A stretch of DNA of 58,058 nucleotides, filler included, from Sphacelaria rigidula (taxonomy: Eukaryota), in the NCBI GenBank assembly GCA_964200075.2. It is 9 parts of 9 records of this genome, joined end to end, with 100 filler letters (N's around TTAATTAATTAA, not from the genome) between each part and the next. Parts side by side here need not be neighbours in the genome. Positions count along the whole stretch, not along the records: positions 1 to 6,363 come from CAXNAA020020523.1; positions 6,464 to 12,826 come from CAXNAA020020524.1; 7 more parts are not named here. One strand, written 5' to 3'. The notes beneath the pieces were generated by a model that worked only from the letters and a program-made list of their open reading frames with translations, did not search any database and had not been told where the DNA came from. Within the stretch, counting starts at the first letter, position 1. Every line of letters begins with the position of its first letter. The position numbers were made by a program, and so were the translations under genes. This document shows positions 1 through 10,878 of the stretch, piece by piece.

Positions 1-71
1 GAGAATCGAACCGCACAACTCAACCATCAGAAGGTTACGAGGTTACCAACTGAGCCACCGGGGCGACCGGC
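1..71 (-). mobile_element. tRNA-derived SINE, 5' head (cut by the window edge)
   Basis: Reverse complement reads GCCGGTCGCCCCGGTGGCTCAGTTGG...GGTTCGATTCTC, with Pol III A and B boxes; matches the head at 2476. Confidence 0.8.
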
Positions 72-1683
72 ATAGGGTACGCGACGGCAAAAATGGGGTG
101 GATGCCAGCATGTGGGCGCCTTATTTCTGACGTTCCTAGATGCCGCGGTGACAGTACAGTACAAGTGCGCACAGTCGAACCCAAGCAACCTCGTCTTTCG
201 CGCGTAACAGTTTTCATCTACGTTTTTTTTTGCAACGTTTGCGGCGTGGACTACCGTGCAGGCACTATTTCGACGTACAGTACTCGTAAAATCGTCAGCC
301 GCGAGGTCGGGTTTTGGTGATATTGCATCACACCATGCCTTTGACAGAGCGTGTGTGCATAACCGTTGGCGGGAACACACCGATGGACGGGATGCCCCGT
401 GGAGCTTGAAGAACGTATTCGCATAATCACGGCACGGGAAAGGTGGGGACGAACATTAACCAGTGATGGTGAAGACGGTTGGGAACCCACGCTTGGCGAC
501 GAAGTCAGTCGTGCTAAAGCAACACGTCCGGGCGCACGCCGACCAACGGCCAGTCTTCGCCAACATGATTGCGCGGAGCAAAGACCGTGACGCTATCATC
601 AGTTCATACGAACAAGCGCGGGTGTACGTAGCAACCGAGACACATATGGCGGAGGTTGCACCCGGGTCGCGAAACCCGGCAAAGCTCTCAGAGAGGGGGC
701 GTCCGAATGGATATGGCAGCAACGGAAGACTGAAAAATGTCAGTGGGACATGGATAAAGTGAACGACAACGTGAGGATTCAGAAGCAGAGAGTCACAAAC
801 CGTGAGAAGCGCGTGGGCAATTCCAGGCGCACGGAACGGCAGAGAGACTCGATGGAGGAATGGAGGCGCGGGGAGGTCGTCGCAAGAAACGGTAGAAGGC
901 CGACGCGCCCGTATGGTCCTTTACCGTACAAGAACGATTGCGGTATTCCCGTGCTTCTTCGTACTGCCGGTGTTCTGTGCAATCGTGTTTTCTATTCAAG
1001 GATGTGGCCATTGACAATGCTGTCAAATGTGTCCCTTTTTTGCGTCATATTCTCGAGCCCATGGCGGTTGCTAACATTCGAAGCAGGTCGAGATTATTGG
1101 GTGAATATCTGGTTTGGGATTCGTAATTAAATTTCAGAACAATATATGGAGGTCATTGATTGGTAGAGGTAGATTTTCGCCCTACACGACTATATTCACC
1201 AAATATCCGGTCATGTTACCTTCTTCAGTTGTCCGTGGCGGTCAGAATGATATAGTGTGTACGACTATTGGGTAGGCATTGCGGAAGAACTTTGTTGATG
1301 ACAAATAGTTTGAGTGATGGGCGTGAACCAGCTCGCAGTGCTACATTTTGAAATATCTGAGGCTACCAAGAGTGTTTTTCCAAAACGCGCACAAAGAGGG
1401 ACTTAACGAGAACGTTGCGGCCCGAGAAAAGTTTGACCCCAAAATACTCCTTGAATTGGACGTGGGGGAGTGCTCCGGGAATTGATTGTAACCTCCATAT
1501 GTCGATATTTCAAAATCGAAGCGATCGACCCGGTCGCTACGGAACCGCGCGAGACCGTTCGAAATACACATGATCAGCTACGTCAAAAATTCAAGTCACG
1601 TGGTCATCTGAACCGGACGGCAGAAGTGAAACTCTCACATCGCCATCTCTGAATCGGGCACAAGTCTCGCATGACCATTTTCG

Positions 1684-1792
1684 CGCCGCTTCAGGAACAT
1701 GGACATATTAGAAATACACTTGCAACGCCGGCCATCCTTGCGCCACTTCAGGAACATGGACATATTAAAAGTACACGTGTAACGCCGGCCAT
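1684..1792. repeat. Tandem duplication, ~57-bp unit x2
   Basis: CGCC(G/A)CTTCAGGAACATGGACATATTA...AACGCCGGCCAT occurs twice in tandem. Confidence 0.85.
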
Positions 1793-2475
1793 GTGAAATG
1801 CCTTGTTATTTGCTTACGAAAATTATAAGTAAGTTTAGCTGACATATCAAGTTCTGCTGTATTCACCTGTTTATATATCATATAAGAGTAGAAGGCATGA
1901 GCAAGCACGTGCAGATGATTAAATTAGGGACCCGAAGAATATCTGAATGCTGTCTCAGTGACAAGGCTGCTGTACTCGAGCGACATGCGAGCCCATGGGG
2001 GATAAGGCCGTTTCTTGCATTACCTGCAGAGCACATGTGGCAGTCACCAGGCTTGATATTGTCACTAAATCGCACACCTCTTGACACGTTCCTCGTCGGC
2101 TTCAGAGGTGCCCGGGACATGCAGGGGCTCAGTCTGCGATGCCATAAATCAGCGCTTGTAACCGCGTTATAAGATGCGTGAGCTTCTCGTGTCCCCGGCA
2201 TCAACGGCAGGACAAAGAGGTTTGGTACTTCAGTCGATAGAGGAAAGACGTGGGGTCCAGAATGCAAGGCTGGTGGAGATGAAACCAGGTCAACTTTCAC
2301 GCCTTTCTCGTGTAAAACACCAACCAAAAATATGTTCAGCCCAAGATTGGATACAAACGAGATTTCCCCAACGATCCATACAAGTCGTCCATGCGGGTTC
2401 TTCAATGAAAACAAAAATGCTCCCCGCTTACTAGCCGTTGTTATGCACGACCCCTTGATTGTGACGTTGCACAGG

Positions 2476-2819
2476 GCCGGTCGCCCCGGTGGCTCAGTTG
2501 GTGACCTCGAAACCTTTTGACGTTTGCGTCGTGGGTTCAAATCTCGGAGCGAGCTGGGATTTCTTCTTACACCATGCCCAACAGTGGAGAGCGACTATGT
2601 CGTGGGTATACAAAATTCGACGGAACGGTCGACGAGGGAAAGGGGTTGCTGAACCCCTCTCGCGATAAATAATGAAGGCAAGCACCGTATAAGGAAGGTG
2701 GGGCAGTAAAAACGAATAAAAAAGAATAAGCTCCCGTGTTAACCTTCCTCCTGTGTGACCCCGGCTGGTGCGCCTACATATACCGAAAGGTGTAGACTGG
2801 CGTTCAGAAAAGATGGGTG

Positions 2820-2851
<32 letters not shown>
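2476..2851 (+). mobile_element. Full-length tRNA-derived SINE (~375 bp) with (CA)n tail
   Basis: A box TGGCTCAGTTGG, B box GGTTCAAATC, conserved body, 3' hairpin and (CA)n tail. Five further copies in the window. Confidence 0.88.
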
Positions 2852-3314
2852 TACTTCGGGTTTACCACCGAACCGGCAGCTTTCGATGGCTCAGTGACTA
2901 TATGCGCGGTTGCTGCGCAGTCGACATATATATTTCTTCAAGCGGGTTGTTTGCTGTATTATCGCGAATCACACGCGTACACGATGCAGTAACAACTGTT
3001 CCTGCTGTGGTGGCGTCACTGGCATCGTTAATCACCGAGATATTTGAATCCTCTGGCCGTGGTGGGAGTTGAGTTTTTCGTGGCGGTTGCTGCAGCTTTT
3101 TCTACCTGAGCGTCAACGCGTTCGTGTTCGAGACGGAGGGGGCAGCCATTCCATCCATGCTCAAACGAGTTGTGCCAGTAGTTGCATCGACCTTGCCTGT
3201 TCACGCCACAGCCACGTCTTCTTTCATATGTTCGTCGACCAGATCCAGCTTCGTCGCGGCTTTGCCCGCCAGTTTTATCAGTAGCCCGGCGTGAAGAATT
3301 TGTCGTTAAATTTT

Positions 3315-4754
3315 GGGTTTTGCTATTTACGTCAACGTTGACGTACTGTGTTACATCCGCCAACGTTGACGTAATCTGTTACATCCTTCAGCGTTCAGCA
3401 CCCGTCCCACAAGCCTCGCATGGACACAGCAACACATGGAAAACACTCACATAGTCTCTGGATATCGTTCAAGCCATCGCACAGAGTAAACGGACCCGTA
3501 GCGAATGAGATACGTGCTTATGGCAGAGTGAGCACCGCACCCCATGCAGTGTAGATGTCACAGCGCCGCACCCCAAGCCGTGTAGTATTTCAAGGAATCG
3601 AAGTCCCACCTGCCTCATAAGGACGCAGTAATCTATTGTGTACACTTGGGAAGTCCTTCCCTGTCGTTCGACCCATTACACGCAGCGAACAGCTGCGTAG
3701 CAAGTGTACGCTTCTTCGGCTGAAAAGCACGGTGTGACGGTGCTATCAGGCCATAGTCCGACCCTCGCCAACACTTTGTGCTGGCAACAGACTTGGCTGC
3801 GCGGCTTGCGCGCCGGCTCCGTTTTGAGGTTTGTTACAACTCTCAAGTGTGCAAAGCTCTGCAGGCTGCTCAATGCCCAGGTAGGGTGGTGCTTCTCGAG
3901 ACGATACATAATCAAGACAAACCAGTAAGGTAGACAAGGAGTTAGCTCGAGCATAGGGCATAGATTGATATCTGCTCAACAGATGTAGGTGTGCGAGTAT
4001 TTCTCCGCATACGTTACACGCCAACCGGCACATATTCCACGGACTGTAGTCTCCGCACGTACAACATGGGTGATGCGTGAACACAGTGCTACTGTGCTTT
4101 GACCACGTAGAGGAATGTATAGACAATTTCGTGACAGGTTTATGATTTGTGTGCAGTATAGGCCAAATCCCGCGTGAGTAGCCCCTGCATCTGTGACTTA
4201 CGAATTCCGTGCTCACATTGTCTCGCTGGCTAAAAATTGCGCCAAGCAGCAAGAGCAACTCACATACTAATATGAGCCAGCAGTGCCCCCCGCTTGCCGC
4301 GGTCTCGGGCTCACGTTTAGTCTACAAAGCTTCCGCTGTGAAAAGTACGGATACGAATGAAGTCTTCCCGCTGCCTATACCCAGCCCATGACCTCAGCTT
4401 TCACGGTAACAACTTCATGTTGTGTCGACCGGCGCCCGGGCTTGCCTATTCGAAGCTTGCGGCCTTTTCGATCACTTATCTGTGATCAGCGCATCGTGTG
4501 TAGCACAACGTTGTGACAGCTAAGCACGTATCTCATCCGCTACGGGTCCGTTTGCTCCGTGCGATGGCTTGAACGATAGCTAGAGACTGTGTGAGTGTTT
4601 TCCATGTGCTGTTGTGTCCATGCGGGGCTTGTGGGACGGATGCTGAACGCTGACGGACGTAACAGATTACGTCAACGTTGGCAGATGTAACGCAGTACGT
4701 CAGCGTTGGCGGATGTAACACAGTACGTCGACGTTGACGTAGATTGCAAGACCC
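3315..4754. mobile_element. Mutator-like (MULE) element with ~200-bp TIRs
   Basis: 3315-3520 is the inverted copy of 4521-4754. Termini are GGG...CCC. Degenerate 9-bp TSD ttaaatttt/ttagagttt. Internal CTCGDYSPWNMC resembles a SWIM zinc-finger remnant (minus strand, ~4030-4065). Confidence 0.72.
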
Positions 4755-4974
4755 TTAGAGTTTTGTTTATACGGCCGCGGTCATGGCCATTTTGGCGACG
4801 AAACCCTCTAGCGCCTGGGTGGGTTGTGCTCATGACGGTCTCAATCCCATTGCCACGTGATCCAGCTCGTGATTTGCTGGAGTACTTGTCACGAAGTTGG
4901 GGGGTAAAGTCTCTGTTACTGCTGCAACCAATCTTACGCACTATAACTTTCCCTATGTTCCCCCTTGTCACATT

Positions 4975-5220
4975 ACACTTTTTACGATAGCCCCCCCCAA
5001 AAACCAGCTAAACGTGTCACGAAAACAATGGCCATACAGCGCCTGATGTTCGGGTTCAGGCTGCGTGAAACGCCTCATATTGGCGGCATTGGCTAGAACG
5101 AACCCAAGCGTGGGGATTCCCAGCTTCTCGTTGTGCTCGGCGTTTCCCCGTTCGATTCACGCTGAGACTTTCCCTCTCGAAACCATGCACTTTTGGGGGG
5201 GGGGCTGTCGTAGAAAGTGT
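4975..5220 (+). mobile_element. MITE family A (TIR ACACTTT(T/C)TACGATAGCC)
   Basis: TIRs at both ends; 6-bp TSD cacatt/cacata; second copy inverted at 54294-54532. Confidence 0.8.
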
Positions 5221-5269
5221 CACATATTAGCACATATTTTAACGGGGCATACTGTGGATCGGGTAACGC

Positions 5270-5492
5270 TGTAATGCGTGAGAGGACCGCGTGCTTAGAG
5301 GACCCCATCCGAATTTGAACATCCCCGTGGTTAGGGTTAGGGTTAGGGTTAGGGTTAGGGTTAGGGTTGGAGTTATGGTCAGGGGCGTGGTACCTGCAGG
5401 GACTGGCCCGATTGGTTCTGAAAAGCATCGATCCTGAGGTGTTTTGAACTACGGCGCGGTCCTCTATGCACGCGGTCCTCTAACGCATTACA
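5270..5492 (+). mobile_element. TGT...ACA MITE containing (TTAGGG)6 at 5331-5366
   Basis: ~35-bp TIR TGTAATGCGTGAGAGGACCGCGTGCTTAGAGGACC; TSD ACGC; copies at 31395 and 36785. Confidence 0.88.
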
Positions 5493-6363
5493 ACGCCTTC
5501 ATCAGTGCAATCTTCTTCGTAGCAAATATCACTTTATATCCGAGCGTGTCCAGTTCTGAACAGATTCGGCGGAGTTTATTGATAGCTCGCCGTTTAATTC
5601 TTGCATTCGAGACCCACCATCCCTGAAATACTCAATATCGAAGGCTACTATAATAGTGCAGCACGGCCTTCTCCGTACGGCATGGAACCGACTGGTGCAT
5701 ATGCCGGCACTTTCTGTGGCGGCAAGCTTACGTGGCCCTCAACACTATCGCTCGTAGCCAAAAGCTATCTTGTGAAAAGCTTACCGTCTGTTTCACTGTA
5801 TTCACTGCGCGCTCTATTGTAAGCTCGCATCTGCGCTTCAGAAGCATTGACTTCTGGTGCTGCTGGTGCCGCTGTTTCTCCGATCATTATGGTGCCGAGA
5901 CCTTTTTGGAACAGCATTGATATTTGGAGAGTATATCGACCATGGTATTTACCAGCATCGCCGCTGGGTGCGGCGTATCCCTTTTACAAGGAGACTTTGT
6001 GCTTCCTGCGCGACGATTCGCCACACCAACGAGGCTCGTAACCTGACACGACTGCTGTACTCGAGGAGCATGCGATGTAGCCCATGACAGCTCACTTAAT
6101 CCAACAGCAGTATCATACGTGGGCAGATAGCACCCTGTGGGGAACGTCTACAGGGTTCAAGGAAATTGTGCAGTGTTTCTCGCGGGGATTTGGCTGTAGG
6201 GTTTCTTTCCGCGCCGCACAGTACGCTTCACGGGGTTTCGTCACTCCAGGTACTGTTCGTTGTTGTTAATATGCTGTACAGTGTCTAATCGGAGCAGAGC
6301 AGCGTGGGCGTGCATCAGGAAGTTCTCCCGGGAGCTCTTTGACCGACCGAAAGCACCATGGAT

Positions 6364-6463
6364 NNNNNNNNNNNNNNNNNNNNNNNNNNNNNNNNNNNNN
6401 NNNNNNNTTAATTAATTAANNNNNNNNNNNNNNNNNNNNNNNNNNNNNNNNNNNNNNNNNNNN
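6364..6463. other. Artificial contig-joining spacer (N-TTAATTAATTAA-N); also at 12827-12926, 19289-19388, 25751-25850, 32213-32312, 38675-38774, 45137-45236, 51598-51697
   Basis: Identical 100-bp spacers with a six-frame stop linker. Intervening contigs are 6363, 6363, 6362 (x5), 6361 and 6361 bp, i.e. sorted by length. Confidence 0.98.
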
Positions 6464-6664
6464 CCTCTCGCGATAAGAAATAAAAGGCAAGCACCGCAGA
6501 AGGAAGGTGGAGTACTAAAAACAAATTAAAAAAAAGAAAAAGCTCCTGTGTTGACCTTCCTCCTGTGTGACCCCGGCTGATGCGCCCATATATCCCGCAA
6601 GGGGTAGACTAGACTGGCGCCCAGAATAAATGGGACAACAATAACACACACACACAACACACAC
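6464..6664 (+). mobile_element. SINE 3' half (cut by the contig start)
   Basis: Matches ~2655-2850 and ends in a CA-rich tail. Confidence 0.85.
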
Positions 6665-7073
6665 TGTACCGTACTGAACAAGCTGACAGTGCTGTAGTTC
6701 GTGTGGATCCTTGATCACTGTAGTGATCGTAGTGCATGTAGGAGATCGTCCGAACTTTTCATGAACATGCTTCCGAAACGTTCTTGGCAAGCGCAACGAA
6801 GGACCGGAATGAGCAACGTTGTCATGTGCTCAAATTCAGTAGCTGCTACAGGGCCCCTTCGCTGTTCATTATTGCAGATGAAACGGGTGAGCACATGTGA
6901 CGGGGCGCTCGGCGTTGGCGACGAGGGCTCAGAGTTCAGGTTGCACTTCCCGGAAGCAGGTACAGCAATGTCAGTACAGTAAATACCTCGCACGAAGTGT
7001 TGAACAGGCTGTGTTGTAGATGGGCCCGCGAATGTGCAATATATACGATCCACTCTAAGAAGCATCCACTGAC

Positions 7074-7292
7074 CTGCTCTGTTCGTGCCTTAAAAGCTTG
7101 ATTACTCTCCAGGGCTTTCCTCGCCTTCAACACGGTATCAGCAAGTCCAGATGATGCATCTCGCCCTAAACCAAAGAGCATGACCGGTGCCACACTTGGT
7201 CGCAGACTCCAGTTGGGTGAAAAAGCGCTTGCATGAGCAATCGCCAGAATCAAATACACTGATTTAATCCTCCTTGATTCCATGTTCCACAT
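7074..7292 (-). CDS. First exon of a putative plastid-targeted protein of unknown function
   Basis: M(WNM)ESRRIKSVYLILAIAHASAFSPNWSLRP gives a signal peptide plus heterokont ASAF motif and a transit-like stretch. Donor GTCAGT follows ...RTEQ. A possible terminal exon lies at ~6715-6861. Confidence 0.55.
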
Positions 7293-7799
7293 ATATGCTG
7301 TCTGGGAGGCTCCTGCAGGAGTGCACAGTGCATACAGCTCGCACCTAGCTGTATCCGCTGTGCCTGTGTCATATCACACCGCAGCTCAGCTTCTATAATG
7401 GTTGATGAAGTTGCCTTCACAGACCCATAGGTCACTGATGATGACGTGTTTTCGGTTTCTTTTTGTGCCGGATGCAACTACAGCAGACATCAACAGCAGT
7501 ACGACGGAAACGACAGTTAAGCACGGCAGTGTAGCACAACGACAGTACTGTGCAGTCCAGGAGTACCTGCAGTACAGCTCAACAACGCTTCGGAACATCG
7601 GACGAGTGAAGTATCTGTGTTGTGTGCTGTAGATTTTTACTGTCTTTACTGCGGTACCAGTACTGTTCGTGCTGTAGTTCTTTGAAACGCCGATAAGCCG
7701 TTGGCTAGTTTCTGTTGAACCATGACAAGGGTGGCTGGCGCCCACTATCCGCGGTGGACGTCATGGCCTGGTCGCAGGAAGCTACCCGTTGCACCAACC

Positions 7800-8426
7800 A
7801 TGAGCACGTGGAGCCTGGAGGACGATCTCAACCAGCTACAACTCGTGAGATCTGTCTCCTCCTTTGTATTTTTATCATGACTATAGCGATGGTGGTGTGA
7901 TCAACTCGGATTCGTAAAGCTATCGCTACAGTAAAGGACAGTACAGAACAGTGTAAAGTATAAAGTATTGTAGTTGTACGGTCTGACTGCGTTGTCCCGT
8001 CTCTTTACCCTTCACCTATACGAACCTTGAATCCAGTGTCGTGGCAAGGAGATTATTTCCTTTGAGGTACGATGCTGTAGGCCTCGTACTTCCGTGATAT
8101 GTGGGGTTGTATCGGAACTTGGGACGTGCAGTACAGTTTCGAGCTGTTGTTGAGGTTCGTACCAATGCTTGTTCACCTCAGGGCCTTTGCCCGCATGAAG
8201 TCGGCGACAGAGCTTTAAAGCTGGTTCCCTAGCGCAAGTGCCTAATTTTTTGCCGCTCGGCAAATGAAATGCAGATATGATACGAGTAACAAAATCCAAT
8301 GTCTCCGGTGCTGTAATGACGCGTGACATGTGAAGACAATGACGACCATGCTGGCCGACCCTGTTTTGAGCGACGTGTGCCTGGTGGTGGAAGACATTGA
8401 TGTTCCTGCGCACAAGGCTATACTGG
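7800..8426 (+). CDS. BTB/POZ-domain protein, 5' exons (7800-7844, 8037-8066, 8336-8426); downstream exons not located
   Basis: TMLADPVLSDVCLVVEDIDVPAHKAIL is a BTB N-terminal signature, ending at a GTGAG donor. The upstream exons splice in frame with GT-AG boundaries but are less certain. Confidence 0.7.
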
Positions 8427-9254
8427 GTGAGAAATATCATTATAGGTTGTCTGTATCGCTTCCCTTGTCATGTTCAATGCGCACTACAAAAGTACGGCAG
8501 TACAGAGCCCACTACAAATGAGTATGTAACGTCTGCACTGTTGTCTGAAAGATGATTAAAATCGACGAAGAAAACGGAAACCACCACGATAAATTTCTCT
8601 TCGGGTATGTTTGTGTGAGCGGACACGACGGTATTTAATTTCCAGCACTATTGTTGTTATACTGTACGGTCGTCGCAGGGCATAAAACGTACAGTACGTG
8701 GCGATGGATACATGGGTCGATCATGGACGAACATAATTGTTTCGAGCTCTTATTGCGCGGTAGTTTATAGTGCATAGTCCGTTTGCGTCTCTGTCTGCAC
8801 TTGTGGAGCTGGCTGTTGGTGGCAAAATAGCTGTCGGTCCCGGGCGGTAGTAAGTTTTTAAGACTCGAATTGTCACATTCTTTGTCGGATTTCTGCCCCA
8901 AAGATATCCCGCCGTCGTTTCGCGTACCTTTACGTTGTATTATTGCTGTACTTTTCGTACGTTCACTCTACTATCGTTCGTAGTCCTTGAGCAGACTCCA
9001 GCACATCCGTCTGTACAGATCGACGGTACAAGGGCGCAGTGAGGTGCAACATGGTATGATACTCAGTCGTATTCGTAATACCCGTGCTCAAGAAGAACGG
9101 GAGGTGGACGAACGGTTGAGGTTGGCAGGTAGATAACCGAACTCAACGATGAATTCATCTTTCTTTTGTAAAATGAGGTGCAGTCCCTGCTTGGACCGAT
9201 AGGTTTGTCTCAATTCGGGGCCATTGTACCCACGCTCAACATTTTTTTTGTTAA

Positions 9255-9410
9255 CGGTAACCCTAGCCCTAACCCCAACCCAAGGCATACCGAGAGCCCT
9301 CGGTCAGGGGGGGCTTAAAGGATGCTCTTGGCGAAGTGCGCGCTAGCGGACCTCGAATTGGACACAAATGCGCGTTCTTCGCACTCTAGAAAGCACCTCG
9401 GACTGTTAGC
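9255..9410 (-). repeat. Dispersed repeat with telomere-like GGGT(T/C)A units
   Basis: CCCTAACCCCAACCCAAGGCATACCGAGAGCCCTCGG matches, inverted, 21235-21305 and 31615-31672. Confidence 0.6.
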
Positions 9411-10832
9411 TCCCACTAAAGATCCCGATCTCGGTGTCTTCTCGGTGTCTACACTGGAATACCATGAATAGGATGGGCTCGAAATGTGACAAGCTCTACT
9501 GGAGAAACACGTGCGTCCTCCACTACTGTACTGTGTGTACTCTCTTGTTATCGTAGTGCATTTTAGTGTCAACCCTTTTGGAACTCTCCCCTCCTGTCCC
9601 CTGGCCAAACGCCTCATATTGAGAAGCTCTGTCGAAGAGGAAAACATGGAAACAGAATAGGCCGACGGCAACCATTTTTATATTGGAAGCCCGAAGAAGA
9701 ATGTCCTCCCTGGAACATTTGGGTAAGGTCTGTCCAATCATACCACGCAACGGATGAAGTGTGTCCAATTATATCCGTCGACAATAATTAGCAAAACCAC
9801 TATGAAACATTCCATTCGAAAAATAGCAATGGGCTCCAGGGTCCAACCCGGCACGTTTGTATGTTAGCATTTGGACATAGGGGAAGCACCCATTTGACGG
9901 GCTGCAGCATTGGGTGGCGAGTTTGCCAAGCCATACCGTACATACACATACAGCATAGTATGGCTGAACCGAGCGAAATCGCAGGCGCCCGAACAGGCGA
10001 TATACATGTACACGGGAGGAAGCCAACGGTCACCGCCTAACGTAATCAGGCCAGATGAAAACACTACAGTCAGTAAATACAGTAGGTTACAGTATTGACT
10101 CGCGGCTACACTCCGTGCGAGATAAATATGGGCATGTCGTGAAAAGTCGGCCACGAGAGTAGACGGCACGAGAAGATAGCGGTAGCCGGCGTCATGAATC
10201 TCATGCAGCATGAAGTATGTCTGTGCAACGATCGGGAACGATCAAGCCGCGGTATAGATGTGGTGGGGCAACTGTGCCTTTCGCTACGCCGTTTTGTAAG
10301 AGTCAGCCCGAAGTATGATGTTGTCGGCACGTACTTGGCAGAGCGCAGTCCTGTTGCATGCCCCACGTTTTACAGAGATATTTTCGAAATACAATACAAA
10401 TATGACACGAAGCAAAAAGGTATCACCCCTGGGGCGGCGGCACTTGGCATACCACAGTGACGGTGCATAACTACAGGGCACATGGCGTCTGCGTCGCCTT
10501 CACCCATTTTTCAAAGGGCGGGGTGGTGCTGTCGGAACGTGCATGAGCGCGATGTTGTGCATGACGTGAGTCTGCAGTCGAGATTACCTCAAACTGCTGT
10601 GAACACACCCAGTACTGTACAGGGCAGTGCCGCAGCACCCCCGGCGGCACGGAAAGGAGACTGCCTGGGATTGTACTACACCGCCAGTTCATAAATTTAG
10701 CGAATGTGCCAGCGGCGTTGCCCTTATTGCTATGACACTGCAAGGAGTAAAAACTGCAGCGGGCAGGGTGTGCAGGTCAGGCGGGAAGCGTGCTTCACAG
10801 AGGCCTGCCGCGCACAGTGGCCGGGGAAGGAG

Positions 10833-10878
10833 CTCATGAGTGTAGGACGAAACGCCTCATGAGTGTAGGACGAAACGC
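10833..10878 (+). repeat. Perfect 23-bp tandem duplication resembling a hammerhead core
   Basis: CTCATGAGTGTAGGACGAAACGC occurs twice in tandem. Confidence 0.85.

Larger units (their letters stand above)
1960..4900 (-). mobile_element. Degenerate Ty1/copia gag-pol fragment, interrupted by a MULE (3315-4754) and a SINE (2476-2851)
   Basis: In order on the minus strand: gag with a degenerate zinc knuckle RCNYWHNSFEHGWNGCP (~3140-3190), protease motif YVDCAATAHIV (~2895-2930), SFVSNLGLNIF, GAG-pre-integrase LWHRRL and CHMCSAG. Confidence 0.8.

Noticed and set aside
75..1660. Possible further retroelement coding remnants
   Set aside because: No diagnostic motif recognised in any frame.
2476..2550. 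tRNA gene
   Set aside because: A and B boxes are present but there is no acceptor stem or cloverleaf, and it continues into a multicopy SINE body.
2765..2795. Hammerhead in the SINE tail (CTG(A/G)TG...GAAA)
   Set aside because: The core reads CUGAUGC or CUGGUGC, and GAAA is a variable hairpin loop rather than the catalytic strand.
5331..5366. True telomere
   Set aside because: Only six units, internal to a TIR element with a TSD.
6408..6419. Regularly spaced TTAATTAATTAA as a biological repeat
   Set aside because: It is embedded in N runs and is an assembly linker.
10330..10360. LAERSPV as the next BTB exon
   Set aside because: No AG acceptor in the required phase.
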